64,000 nt of DNA from Bryobacteraceae bacterium (GCA_036272575.1 DATAYL010000543.1:25313-89312); one strand, 5' to 3'. Positions 8,321-18,431 are shown, numbered from the stretch's first letter. Notes: generated from the letters alone by a model not told the origin. Numbers and translations are program-made.

Positions 8321-11300
8321 TTAGAAATGCAGGCGCAAGCCGAATTCGATCTGGCGCGGCGTGTTCGCCTGCGTGGTGACGACGCCCCAGGTGGTCGGGC
8401 TGTCGATATTCAGAGTGGGATTCGCCGCTTGAAAATGATTGAGCATGTTGCTGAACTGGGCGTTAAAGGTGAGGCCCATGCCTTCGCGGATTGGAATTTT
8501 AAAGTCTTTTGAGATGGCCATGTCGAGATTCCAGGTGGGGAAGCCGCGCAGGACACCGGCGCCGCCACTGGTGGTATCGACGCCGAGGATCAGACGGCGG
8601 AAATCGGAGAGCGCAGCGGAGGGATTGCCGAAGATGTTGAGGCCAGAGCCTCCTTTCGAAGCATTGCCGGCAGAGGCCACAGTAGTAGAACTGGTGACGT
8701 TCTGGTGAACAGAGTTGCCTTGCGTATAAGGAGCGGTGAGCACGGCGTTTTCGAAGGTGCTGTCAGAACTGCAGTTGGATTCTCCAAAAGACTGGCAATT
8801 GGTGGTCCCGCTGCCAATGCTGACTTCGAGAGGAACGCCGCTTTGCGCGGTGAATAGCGGGGCGAAATTCCAGCCGCCAAGCACGGGATAGAGGTAGCGG
8901 TGCCCTTCCAGCCAGTGTGGCGAATACACCACGCTGAGATTGTAGACAAAGCGGATATCAAAAGGCTGCGGGCCATACATGGTTTGCAGATTCCAGGGAT
9001 CGAGAACGGTAGTGGAGCTGGTGGATTGCGCTTGGGAAACGGTGCCCAACGCGCGGCTCCAGGTGAAATTAGAAGCTGCGGTGAGATTGTGCCAGTCGCG
9101 TATGGTGAAAGTTGCGAAGGCGCCGTTGTAATTGCCGTAGCCGAGGCTAGTGGCTTCATAAAGAGACGCGGTTTGGGCGGGCGCGGAGTCGGGGAGCGTG
9201 CGGCCGAGAGTCCAGCTTGAAGTTTTCGAAAGATTGGTCCAGAGATTGTAGACCTGAGTGCCGGTGATTTGCGTTTTCTGCTTGCTGGCGATAGCGGCGG
9301 TGCAACTCGAATAGCCTTTGCAATAGGCCGAGTTGGGGCCGCCCATGACCGATTCGAGGAAAGGCTGCGTTTGAACGGCTTGTCCGGCGGCGACCTCGCC
9401 GTAAACGTTGGCGAACGCATTGGCAAAGCTTTGGCCATTGAGCGTCATCATGGTGGGGACGGCATCGAGATTGATGAGCTGGAACTCATTGCGAATGATA
9501 CGTCCGATATAACCGAGCTCGAAGCTGAGTTTATTCGAGAGTTGACGTTGGATGGTGAAATCGAAGACATCGGAGCGGTCCGGTTTGAAATTCTGATCGA
9601 TGACAGTACCGTCGCCGGCGGCGGCATTGCTATTTTGGCCGGGGTAATAGGGCTGGGCGAGCGTGCTGGTAACGGCGGGTAGAGGCGCAACCAATCCATC
9701 GGTGCCGATGCGAAAGGCAGTGGTGGGAGTGACGCCTCCGGAGCCCAGGCAAGCGCCGGCGGTGCTCGCGCCGATGCATTGGACGGGCTGCGAAATGCTG
9801 GTGCCGAGCAGAGGAACGAGCACCTGATTAACTCCGTTCAGGCGGCCATAGATGCGGCTCCATCCGCCGCGTAGGACTGTCTTGTTCTGGCCAAAGACGT
9901 GACCAAGCAGGCCGTCGGTAAAGCTTGGATTCCAGGCGAGCGCGGTACGCGGGCTAAGGCCGCCGTAAAAAGGATTGTAGGGATATTTTGGATGCCCCGC
10001 GACGTTTCCGATGAGGGCGAAGCCGACGTTAGGATTGTCTACTTGCCCTTGCAGGGCGGCAGCCTCTTTTGCCTGTAGATAAGCTTCGGCGCCGATCTGG
10101 TTACCGTTCTGATAGACGAGCATGGTTTGCTTGCCTTGCGCTTCGGTGGGCGGCATCTCGATTTGATAGCCGAGCCCGTATGTAAGAGAAAGATCGCTAC
10201 GGATGTGCCAGGTGTCGCTGAAATAGAGATTGTAATAGGGGATAGTGACTTGGTCGAAGAGATTGGTGCCAAGCGGCTGCAGGCTAAGATTCGAGCCAGC
10301 ACGAGTGTAAAGAGTTTGCGGCTGGGAAACAATACCGAGCACTTCGGTGTACAGATTTTCCCAGTTGCTGACCTGGTTGGAAGGCAGGCTGGCAGGAATG
10401 TTGGCGGGGCCGAAGGAAATGCCGCTTAGAGCTCCGCCGACCTGATAGACAGTGTTGTTGAAGATGCCGGCGCCATTGTCATCGCGCTGATGAAAATCCC
10501 AATTTCGCTGATAGGAGCCACCGAACTGGAGCAGATGGTTCCCTTTCACCCAGCTCAGATCGTCGCGCACGGAGTTGTCCTGACCGTCCCAGAAGCGTTG
10601 GCGGACATTTTGGGTGTTGACGTTGTAAGGGATGAGGGCGTTATTTTGGCCGCCGCTTTCGCCGCCGATTTCGATAGCGCCGCCGAGGCCCGGAAGTTGG
10701 GGAGGCGCACCGTCGGTGCCCCACTGCCAGAAGTTGCGCAGGTAGTTGTAATGAACGTCATTGGTAAGGGTTGGGCTGATGGTGGTGGTGAGGCCGCCGA
10801 CCCAGTAGCTGGGCTTCTGATCGCGGGGCGCGGTGGCGACGGCTGAGCCGAGAGAGCCGCCCAGGACGCCGCCGATATCGTATTGATTGGAAGTGTTCTG
10901 CTTGAAAGTAAAGTAGCGGTAACTGGACATGAAGTGCCATTTGTCGCCGAAATCATGGTCGAGGCGGATGGTGTAATTATCGGAGGTTTGCGGAACGGAA
11001 ATATTGGCGAGATAACCCTGCGTGTTGTAACTATCGCCGAACTGAGGGTCGTTGGCGAGCGGCATCTGCTTGCTCCAAATTTGATTGACGATGGGGTTCA
11101 GACCAAGACCGCGTGGATCGCAGAGAGTGGCGCCGCAGGTTGCCGGCATATAAGTCTTGCCATTTACGGTGACGGGCGACGAGTTGAGATTATACGCTTG
11201 ATAAATGCCGGCGCTGTTGGGCAGCTGAATGATTCCGTCACGCAATAGCTGGGATGGGACGGTACGTTCGACGGTGGCGCTCTGCGGATAACGCCGGCCC

Positions 11301-12304
11301 TCGTAGTTCACGAAGAAATAGGTTTTGCCGCCCCAAAACCGGGGAGTGAGGGGGCCGCCAAAGGCCACGCCATAGCGATTCTGGTGAGTCTTTGGATTGG
11401 GAGTGTAATCGAGGTGGCCCGAGGGGGTGTGATTGTTCTTCCAAAGATTGGCGCCGACGGCACTGCTCAAGAAATATTCGTAGGCCGCGCCGTGAAAATC
11501 GTTGGTGCCGCGTTTAGTAACCATCTGCACCTGTCCGCCGGCGGAGCCGTTGAAGTCGGCCGTTTGATTAGCAGTAGAGACTTTGAACTCGTCGATGCTT
11601 TCGATGGGGGTGGGGATAACGCCGGAGGGCGTGCCGCCGGTAGCGCCGGTGGTGGTTCCGCTGGACGCGGTGTATTGCGTCATATTGCCATCCATGTCAC
11701 TCGAATTATTGCCGCCATCGAGCTGGAAGCCGTTCTGGTCGTTAACGGTTCCGGCCACATTACCGGTGGGAGCGACGCCGGGCTGAAGAAGGATGAAGGC
11801 GTTGGCGTCGCGGCCGATGTTCGGCAGCGAGTTGAGCTGCAGGCCGGAGACAGTGGAACCGACTGTGGCATTCGAGGTTTGCAGTTCAGCGCCGGCCGAC
11901 GCAGTGACTTCGATTATGGAACTGGTGCCGCCCAACTGCATGGAGACGTTCAAAGTGAGGACGAGGCCAACGTCTACTTTCTGTTGGGGCAACCTCGTTT
12001 CCGAGAAGCCGGCATGAGTCACGGCAAGGTCGTACACGCCGGGCGGAAGATTGAAGAAATCATAACGGCCGGTGTCATTCGAGAGAGAGGTGCGAACGGC
12101 GGAGGTGGTTTTGTCGGTCAGGCTGACCTGCGCGCCGGGTATGGCCGCGCCCTGCGGGTCAGTCACCTGGCCCGAGATGGTTCCCGATGAAGTGTTTTGC
12201 GGCGAAGCCGGCGAGGCCAGCCACAACAAGGAAGCGAGCAAAAAAAGCGTGCGTATAGAAATGCAGCGCCGGCAGATCCTACGTACGCAACCCCAAATAA
12301 GCAT
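8321..12304 (-). CDS. TonB-dependent-receptor-like outer-membrane protein with N-terminal carboxypeptidase-regulatory-like domain (1327 aa)
   Basis: Signal peptide, then ISGQVTDPQGAAIPGAQVSLTDKTTS...TGRYDFFNLPPGVYDL (CarboxypepD_reg fold), a long beta-rich body and the terminal ...IEFGLRLHF (C-terminal Phe). This is the typical acidobacterial giant OMP architecture. Confidence 0.85.
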   Translation of the reverse strand: MLIWGCVRRICRRCISIRTLFLLASLLWLASPASPQNTSSGTISGQVTDPQGAAIPGAQVSLTDKTTSAVRTSLSNDTGRYDFFNLPPGVYDLAVTHAGFSETRLPQQKVDVGLVLTLNVSMQLGGTSSIIEVTASAGAELQTSNATVGSTVSGLQLNSLPNIGRDANAFILLQPGVAPTGNVAGTVNDQNGFQLDGGNNSSDMDGNMTQYTASSGTTTGATGGTPSGVIPTPIESIDEFKVSTANQTADFNGSAGGQVQMVTKRGTNDFHGAAYEYFLSSAVGANLWKNNHTPSGHLDYTPNPKTHQNRYGVAFGGPLTPRFWGGKTYFFVNYEGRRYPQSATVERTVPSQLLRDGIIQLPNSAGIYQAYNLNSSPVTVNGKTYMPATCGATLCDPRGLGLNPIVNQIWSKQMPLANDPQFGDSYNTQGYLANISVPQTSDNYTIRLDHDFGDKWHFMSSYRYFTFKQNTSNQYDIGGVLGGSLGSAVATAPRDQKPSYWVGGLTTTISPTLTNDVHYNYLRNFWQWGTDGAPPQLPGLGGAIEIGGESGGQNNALIPYNVNTQNVRQRFWDGQDNSVRDDLSWVKGNHLLQFGGSYQRNWDFHQRDDNGAGIFNNTVYQVGGALSGISFGPANIPASLPSNQVSNWENLYTEVLGIVSQPQTLYTRAGSNLSLQPLGTNLFDQVTIPYYNLYFSDTWHIRSDLSLTYGLGYQIEMPPTEAQGKQTMLVYQNGNQIGAEAYLQAKEAAALQGQVDNPNVGFALIGNVAGHPKYPYNPFYGGLSPRTALAWNPSFTDGLLGHVFGQNKTVLRGGWSRIYGRLNGVNQVLVPLLGTSISQPVQCIGASTAGACLGSGGVTPTTAFRIGTDGLVAPLPAVTSTLAQPYYPGQNSNAAAGDGTVIDQNFKPDRSDVFDFTIQRQLSNKLSFELGYIGRIIRNEFQLINLDAVPTMMTLNGQSFANAFANVYGEVAAGQAVQTQPFLESVMGGPNSAYCKGYSSCTAAIASKQKTQITGTQVYNLWTNLSKTSSWTLGRTLPDSAPAQTASLYEATSLGYGNYNGAFATFTIRDWHNLTAASNFTWSRALGTVSQAQSTSSTTVLDPWNLQTMYGPQPFDIRFVYNLSVVYSPHWLEGHRYLYPVLGGWNFAPLFTAQSGVPLEVSIGSGTTNCQSFGESNCSSDSTFENAVLTAPYTQGNSVHQNVTSSTTVASAGNASKGGSGLNIFGNPSAALSDFRRLILGVDTTSGGAGVLRGFPTWNLDMAISKDFKIPIREGMGLTFNAQFSNMLNHFQAANPTLNIDSPTTWGVVTTQANTPRQIEFGLRLHF

Positions 12305-12400
12305 ACGCCCTCTTTGAATTTGAAATTATTTATTCAATGGACCCAAGAACTGGAGTCGCCGTGGTCCAGCTATTTGTTCATTCAGCGAAGAATATCGAGA

Positions 12401-12429
12401 AGTTTATATACAAGTCGGGTTAATGTCAA
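12401..12429 (-). promoter_or_regulatory. candidate sigma-70 promoter for the giant OMP gene
   Basis: On the minus strand: TTGACA (12429..12424), 17 nt spacer, TAAACT (12406..12401), within an AT-rich 151-nt gap. Confidence 0.3.
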
Positions 12430-12455
12430 ACAAATATTGGGATCTAAACCTACTC

Positions 12456-15400
12456 TTATTGAGCGTCGATCGGTTCTTTCGCTGTATGCTGCACGCGGAA
12501 CGATTTGTTCGGATAGGGCGGGTGCGGCGGGACGGGATCGGGATGTTCTTTGACGAGAGCGGTTAGATAGTCGATGGCTTTGTCGAGCTGGGCATCGTGG
12601 CCTTCGAAGCTGGCATGCGGGAGGTCGTCTACGACGATATCGGGATCGACACCGTGGCCTTCAATCAGCCACTTGCCTTCGGGACCATAGACGCCGTTTT
12701 CCGCGGCCGACGCGATACCATTGTCGGCCAGGCGATTGCCGAAGCTCAGCCAAACTTCGCCACCCCAGGTTCTGGCGCCGATTACTTTGCCGAGACCGAG
12801 GCGACGAAATCCCTCGCTGAAAGCCTCGCCGTCGGAGGCGGTCCATTGGTCGCAGAGCACGACGACAGGGCCGCGGAAAGCCTCCTGCATGTTCCAGGAC
12901 GCGTGACCGGCGCGCGGCTGCCAGTACATCCAGGCCTTGCGTGTCAGCTTGTTGAGAATCCAGCTATCGATGTTGCCTCCGCGGTTGTGGCGCACATCGA
13001 CGATCAGAGCGGAGCGATCAAAGACCGGCGAATAGTCTTCCACCCACTGATTGATATCGCCGGCTCCCATGGCGCGTAAATGAATATAGCCGATGGCGCC
13101 GTGCGCCGCTTTATCGACGGCTTCGCGGCGGGTGAATTCCCATTCGGAATAGCGTAGGTCTTGCTCGAGCTTGGCCGTGATCGGCTTGGCCAGCACATCG
13201 CGCGGCTCAGTCTTGCCCTTAGGAAGTACATGCAGCAGCACGGGTCGGCCGGCTTGTCCGCGGAGGAGGTTGCCGGGGTCGAGAGTTGCGCTGAGATCCT
13301 GGCCATTGATCGCAAGAATAGTGTCCCCATCGGCAACCTGAACCTCGGGGCGGGCGAGCGGGCTGAGTTTGTCGGGACGGTCCGGGTCCGTCCGGTAGAC
13401 GTGATCCACCAGCCAGCCTTTGCCGTTTGCCGCCGGAGAAAGGCGCGCGCCGAGAGTGGCAAGTTCGACCTGGTCAGCGCTCTTACGAATGTCTCCGCCA
13501 ACGACGAAGGTATGCAAAACAGAGAGTTCGCTGACCATATCGGAGATCAGATCGTTGAGCTCTTCGCGATCGCGCACGCGGCCGACAATTTCTCCGTACT
13601 TGTCGCGCATGGCGGGCCAGTTCACGCCATGCATATGCGGATCATAGAAATAATCGCGATGAAGACGCCAGGCGTCGAGGAAGGCTTCGCGGTATTCGTC
13701 GGCGGGAATGACGGAGAATGCCCAGGCGCCCAGATCGACCTTGGCATCCGTCATGCCCTTCGGCGATTTGAGCGCATCGCCTTTGATAGAAGAATCGAAA
13801 ACAAACAGGTCATTGTTGACGCGCACCAGCATCTTCTTGCGGTCGCCAGATGTTTCAAAGCTCTTGACGCCTTCGAGCAGCGTATCGGGAGCTTCACCTT
13901 TGTTGGCGATATCAACGCACTGCAGCGAATTGTGCGCCGGATTTTCAGGATCGTTGTTGATCCAGCAAAGACGTTTTTCGGCGGCCTGCAAATCGGAATA
14001 GTTGCCAGGGCCGACGGGCACCTCCTGCAAGCGGCTCTGCAGGCCATCGGTATCGGTTTCAACCTTGGGCGGCGCGGGCTTGCCGGATTTCGGTGCATCT
14101 TTTGCGGGTTCAGATGGAGCGGGGTGAAGTTCGTTTTCAGGTTCGAAAGGAGACAGCTGGCCTTTGCGAAGAGCGATCAAATAGATTTTGTTGGTTCGAT
14201 CGAAGAATGGATCGGGCTGGCGATTGCCCCACGGGCTTTTGACGACGGTGTTGAGCGCGCGATCCGAGAGGAGATAGATCCATTTGCCGTCGGCGCTCCA
14301 ATCGGCGGAGAAACTGTTGTAACGGTCGGTGGTGAGGGGAATCGTTTTGCCCGAATCGAGCGCATAAAGGAAGAGCTGAGCGAACCCGTTGGGCGCGCTT
14401 TGGCAGAAGAGAATCCAGCGGCTGTCAGGAGACCAGCGAATGCTCGAAAAGGCGACATCGGAATTGTTATCCGGGTCGGACTGGGCGATTTGCTTGTCTT
14501 CTTTAGTGGCGAGATTGAGGAGGAACAACCGATTATTTTTATCCTGCTGGACAATCCATTTGGCGTCGGGCGAGGGGATGCCTTCCCAGCGAAGAACTTT
14601 GCCGCCAGTAGTCAATTGCTCGCCGGTTCCGACACCGTTAGCGGGATATTTCCAAAGCTCGACTTCGCCGGATTCAGTCGAGTAAACGAAAACGGATTTA
14701 CCGTCTTCGGCGAGGCGTGCTTCACGGAAACGCCCGGGCAAGTGCTCGCTGATATCGACGAAGCGGCCATCCTTCTTGGCGGGGGTGACGAAGACGCGTC
14801 CACGGGAAGTGAGGACAATTTTCCCGCCGTCGCCGGAAAGGTGAGCAGCGCTGACATATTGCAGCGGATTTTTGATCCAGTGTTCGCGGAGATGATCGAA
14901 GTCGGAAGGCAGATCGATCGGAATGACGCGATCGGCGCTCTTTTTGATGTCGAAGACGTGCAAATCGGCGCCGAGTTGATAGACGATTTTACCGGCGGAT
15001 AACGAGGGATCTTTCAGGTCCCAACCTTCGCTGTGGGTAAGCTGCTTGAGCTTCTTGCCGTCCTCATCCATCGACCACAGGTTCATGGTGCCGTCGCGAT
15101 CGCTAAGGAAATAGATGCGGCCGTCGTACCACAGGGCGTCCTTACTGGTGCCGGTGTAGTCGGCGGTGAGCGCGACGGCTTCCTTACCGTTGGCGTACTT
15201 CCACAGACTCTGCGCGGTGCCGCCTTTGTAGCGTTTGGCGTAGCTGCCTTGAAAAGGAAAACGCGTAAAGAAGAGAGTGGCGCTGTCCGCGTCGTAACTA
15301 CCCTGGGAGGCTTGGCTGAGCGGCACGAGTTCGATGCGGTTCTGCGCGTCGATAGTGAGAAGCTGCGCATCGGGCAGGGTGGAATAGCGGTAACTCGAGA

Positions 15401-15773
15401 AGAGAATCTTGCCATTGGGCGTCCAGCCTTGCACGATGGCGCCGCCATCGAAGGTACGCCGTTTGGGAACGCCGCCTTCGATGGGCATGGTGTAGACCTC
15501 GCTTGGACCTTCGTAATCAGCGGTGAAGGCGAGTGTCTTACCGTCGGGCGAGAACGCGGCGTGGGCCTCTTCGCCAAGGCTGCTGGTGAGGCGCGAGGCG
15601 ATACCGCCGTTGACGTTGACTTCCCAGAGATCGCCTTCAGCGGTAAAGACGACAGTGTCGCCGTGGATGGTCGGGAAACGGTAGTAGCCGTTCGAGGGCT
15701 GGGTGGGCGCGGCTTGCAGGAGGCCGAACGACAGAAAGAGTAAATGGCAAAGAACGGCAGACGAGCGGCGCAT
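12456..15773 (-). CDS. tricorn protease homologue (beta-propellers + PDZ + S41 peptidase domain), secreted
   Basis: Signal peptide, then YYRFPTIHGDTVVFTAEGDLWEVNVNGGIASRLTS, the characteristic tricorn N-terminus. TolB-like repeats follow, and the C-terminal region has S41-like motifs (...LCDQWTASDGEAFS...). 1105 aa. Confidence 0.85.
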   Translation of the reverse strand: MRRSSAVLCHLLFLSFGLLQAAPTQPSNGYYRFPTIHGDTVVFTAEGDLWEVNVNGGIASRLTSSLGEEAHAAFSPDGKTLAFTADYEGPSEVYTMPIEGGVPKRRTFDGGAIVQGWTPNGKILFSSYRYSTLPDAQLLTIDAQNRIELVPLSQASQGSYDADSATLFFTRFPFQGSYAKRYKGGTAQSLWKYANGKEAVALTADYTGTSKDALWYDGRIYFLSDRDGTMNLWSMDEDGKKLKQLTHSEGWDLKDPSLSAGKIVYQLGADLHVFDIKKSADRVIPIDLPSDFDHLREHWIKNPLQYVSAAHLSGDGGKIVLTSRGRVFVTPAKKDGRFVDISEHLPGRFREARLAEDGKSVFVYSTESGEVELWKYPANGVGTGEQLTTGGKVLRWEGIPSPDAKWIVQQDKNNRLFLLNLATKEDKQIAQSDPDNNSDVAFSSIRWSPDSRWILFCQSAPNGFAQLFLYALDSGKTIPLTTDRYNSFSADWSADGKWIYLLSDRALNTVVKSPWGNRQPDPFFDRTNKIYLIALRKGQLSPFEPENELHPAPSEPAKDAPKSGKPAPPKVETDTDGLQSRLQEVPVGPGNYSDLQAAEKRLCWINNDPENPAHNSLQCVDIANKGEAPDTLLEGVKSFETSGDRKKMLVRVNNDLFVFDSSIKGDALKSPKGMTDAKVDLGAWAFSVIPADEYREAFLDAWRLHRDYFYDPHMHGVNWPAMRDKYGEIVGRVRDREELNDLISDMVSELSVLHTFVVGGDIRKSADQVELATLGARLSPAANGKGWLVDHVYRTDPDRPDKLSPLARPEVQVADGDTILAINGQDLSATLDPGNLLRGQAGRPVLLHVLPKGKTEPRDVLAKPITAKLEQDLRYSEWEFTRREAVDKAAHGAIGYIHLRAMGAGDINQWVEDYSPVFDRSALIVDVRHNRGGNIDSWILNKLTRKAWMYWQPRAGHASWNMQEAFRGPVVVLCDQWTASDGEAFSEGFRRLGLGKVIGARTWGGEVWLSFGNRLADNGIASAAENGVYGPEGKWLIEGHGVDPDIVVDDLPHASFEGHDAQLDKAIDYLTALVKEHPDPVPPHPPYPNKSFRVQHTAKEPIDAQ

Positions 15774-15850
15774 GTGGAAAACAGGATAGCGTAGAAGACG
15801 CCGCTACGGCTTAAGTTGCAGCCGACAAAATGGCCGGGGTCAGTTGGAGA

Positions 15851-17038
15851 TCAGGTGTTAGCGGCCGAGAGTGATTCCTTGAGGGGCCAGCTGATCTGCG
15901 CTTGCCGCTTCATGGCGAGATTGCCAATTTGTCCGGCGCGCGCGGCCGCCACGCCCGCTTCAACGGGAGCGTTGGGCTCTTTGCGCGTTTTGACGCAGTC
16001 GAAGAAATTGGCCATGTGGTCGATGGTGCCATCCTGGTAGCTGTGTTCGGTAGCCACAGGATTGCCTTTGGCGACGCGTTCGCGATAGATTTCGTAGCCG
16101 CTGCGGGTGAGTTTGAGAGTGCCCTCGGTACCGCGAAACTCGAGGCCGCCATCGTCGATTGAAGAGACCATGGTGCCTTCATAGCCGACATCGAAGCCGC
16201 TATACCGGAAGGCCGCCTGCACCGTATCGGGGCACTGCCACTGCTTGAAGAAGTAGGAATCGCCGAGCATCTGTGCGGTGTTGGGCTGGAGGGTGTTCAT
16301 CGCCCAGTGGACGACGTCGATCCAGTGCGCGAAGAGGTCGGTCATGGCGCCGCCCCCGAAATCCCAGAACCAGCGCCAGCGCCGGTATTTTTCTTCGCTG
16401 AATGGCTGATCGGGAGCGGAGCCGAGCCAACGTTTCCAATCGAGCAGTTGCTGATTGATAGGCTCGCTCGCCCAATCCGTTTGGTAGTTCTGATACCAAT
16501 AGGTGCGGACTTGAGTGATCCGTCCAATATTGCCGTTCTGAATGAGGTCCGCCGCGCTCTGGAAATGCCGCCAGCTTCGCTGCTGCATGCCACATTGCAG
16601 GATTTGTTTGGAAGAGCGGACGGCGTGGATGAGCGCGTCGCCCTGCTCGAGAGAATGGGTGACCGGCTTTTCTAGGTAGATGTCCTTCCCGGCGGCGAGC
16701 GCATCGGTGGCCACTTTGACATGCCAATGGTCCGGGACGGCCACAATCACTGCATCGAGTTTTTGATTGAGCACTTCACGGTAATCCACGTGGGTGGTGG
16801 CGTTGGCGCAGGTGGCGTGCGTCTTGAGGTAATCGAGATGAGGAGAGTAAACGTCAGAAGCCGCGACCAGCTGATAAGGAGCGGATTTGTCCGCCGAAGT
16901 CAGCAGCGTGTGCATCCGGCCGCCGATACCGATGGCGCCGACCTGGAGGGTATCGTTCGCTCCCCAGGCGCGGGTGGCGGCAACGGCGGTCAGCCCGCTG
17001 GCCATCAGGAAGCTGCGCCGGTTGGTTTTCATTTGCAT
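15851..17038 (-). CDS. Gfo/Idh/MocA family oxidoreductase with Tat signal
   Basis: MQMKTNRRSFLMASGLTAVAATRAWG (Tat), then LQVGAIGIGGRM (Rossmann) and EKPV. I moved the start to ATG 17038, just before the Tat motif. Confidence 0.85.
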   Translation of the reverse strand: MQMKTNRRSFLMASGLTAVAATRAWGANDTLQVGAIGIGGRMHTLLTSADKSAPYQLVAASDVYSPHLDYLKTHATCANATTHVDYREVLNQKLDAVIVAVPDHWHVKVATDALAAGKDIYLEKPVTHSLEQGDALIHAVRSSKQILQCGMQQRSWRHFQSAADLIQNGNIGRITQVRTYWYQNYQTDWASEPINQQLLDWKRWLGSAPDQPFSEEKYRRWRWFWDFGGGAMTDLFAHWIDVVHWAMNTLQPNTAQMLGDSYFFKQWQCPDTVQAAFRYSGFDVGYEGTMVSSIDDGGLEFRGTEGTLKLTRSGYEIYRERVAKGNPVATEHSYQDGTIDHMANFFDCVKTRKEPNAPVEAGVAAARAGQIGNLAMKRQAQISWPLKESLSAANT

Positions 17039-17175
17039 GGCATTCGTTGTTATATCAGTCCAGCCGTGAGGCGCGCGAGGCAAATTTCGCCAGTTGGACG
17101 GAATCTGCCAAAAAAGGCGTTGAGCAGAAATGGCGGTTGTCCGCACTACCACTTTGAGTTAACGGAGCGAAATGC

Positions 17176-17508
17176 ATGGATTCACCGGTGGAAGACGCAA
17201 TAGTTACGATTGAAGATAAAGGCGTGACCGGAAGCAATGATGCGCCGATGCTTCGCCGTTTGCTCGATCTTGAACTGCCGCTGGCGGTGCTGTTGGGCCG
17301 GGCGGTAATGCCGATTCAAGAAGTGCTGAAATTGACCTCCGGTTCGCTGATCGAACTTGACCGGAGTGTCAGCGACCTGGTGGATTTACTGGTCCACGGA
17401 ACGGTTGTGGCGCGCGGCGAGATCGTGTCTTTGCGCGGCAATTATGCGGTGAGGATTAAGGAAATCATCAGCCGCGAAGACCGTTTCTCGCTGCGTGCGA
17501 ACGCCTGA
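17176..17508 (+). CDS. FliN / SpoA (surface presentation of antigens) domain protein, orphan
   Basis: LLDLELPLAVLLGRAVMPIQEVLKLTSGSLIELDRSVSDLVDLLVHGTVVARGEIVSLRGNYAVRIKEII matches the FliN/YscQ C-terminal SpoA pattern. GGAG lies 8 nt upstream of the ATG. Confidence 0.7.
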   Translation: MDSPVEDAIVTIEDKGVTGSNDAPMLRRLLDLELPLAVLLGRAVMPIQEVLKLTSGSLIELDRSVSDLVDLLVHGTVVARGEIVSLRGNYAVRIKEIISREDRFSLRANA

Positions 17509-17528
17509 ATCGAGCTATTCCGACGAAG

Positions 17529-18431
17529 CTATCCGACCGGGTTAACCAGAGCGCCGATGGGTGGAATGGTGATACTGATTTCGTCGCCCGCTTGCAGACT
17601 GAACGCGTCCGGCGGCACAATGCCGGTACCGGTCAGAAGAAATGCACCGGCGGGAAAACTATTGTCGCGAAAAAGATAGCTGGCGAGAGTGGTGAGATCG
17701 CGCTTGATGGATTCGAGCGTGGTGGAACCCTCAAATGCAATGCTTTCCTGGCGCCGGATTACCAGATGAATGGTGGTCGATTTAGGCAGGGGCTCGTTTG
17801 TGACGAGAATACAAGGCCCCAGGGCGCAACTGCGGTCATAGACTTTAGCCTGGGGCAAGTAGAGGGGATTCTCGCCTTCGATATCGCGCGAGCTCATGTC
17901 GTTACCGATGGTGTAACCAGTGATCGCGCCGCCCGGTGCGAGTAGCAACGTGAGTTCAGGCTCGGGGACCGACCATTTGGCGTCACTGCGAATGGCGACC
18001 GGCTGTGCGGGTCCGACGACGCGATGGGGCGTTGCTTTGAAGAACAGTTCGGGGCGGTCGGCGCTGTAGACTCGATCGTAGAAATCACCGCCGCCGGCCG
18101 ATTTGGATTCTTCCATGCGCGCGTTTCGGCTCCGGTAATACGTCACTCCAGCAGCCCAGACTTCCTGGGCGCCAATAGGTGCGAGAAGACCGGTAAGAGC
18201 GCTTTCAGCGACGGCTTTTTGCTGTGAAATACAGGTGTTCAAAAAATCGAGCAAGTCATCGCGAGAGAGAAGGGCGTCCCACTCCGTTTCGATTCGGTAA
18301 AGCGCTTGATCTTGGGTCTCAACGACCGGCCCCTGGAGGGTGCGATAGAGCTTCAGTGCGTTAGGCAAATCAGCGGCCCACCGCGAAATCGGCCTGGCAG
18401 CCGCGATCGACCCAAATGCCCCGGTTGTCAA
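17529..18431 (-). CDS. fumarylacetoacetate hydrolase (FAH) family protein (2-keto-3-deoxy-sugar-acid dehydratase/hydrolase-like)
   Basis: [34 protein letters not shown] and related FAH-fold motifs. The track start overlaps the upstream gene by 62 nt. An in-frame TTG at 18368 sits directly after that gene's TGA and is an alternative start. Confidence 0.8.
   Translation of the reverse strand: MTTGAFGSIAAARPISRWAADLPNALKLYRTLQGPVVETQDQALYRIETEWDALLSRDDLLDFLNTCISQQKAVAESALTGLLAPIGAQEVWAAGVTYYRSRNARMEESKSAGGGDFYDRVYSADRPELFFKATPHRVVGPAQPVAIRSDAKWSVPEPELTLLLAPGGAITGYTIGNDMSSRDIEGENPLYLPQAKVYDRSCALGPCILVTNEPLPKSTTIHLVIRRQESIAFEGSTTLESIKRDLTTLASYLFRDNSFPAGAFLLTGTGIVPPDAFSLQAGDEISITIPPIGALVNPVG

Noticed and set aside
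13161-15002. 613-aa ORF on the + strand
   Set aside because: It lies entirely antisense to the tricorn protease gene, which has strong family motifs. Its product is Gly/Arg/Ala-rich with no motif, the typical shadow ORF of GC-rich coding DNA. The same applies to 15033..15743, 9269..9682 and 11384..12190.
17097-17111. TGGACG-N5-TGCC upstream of the FliN-like gene as a sigma-54 promoter
   Set aside because: The spacing is GG-N9-GC, one short of the required N10, and the -24 box is imperfect.
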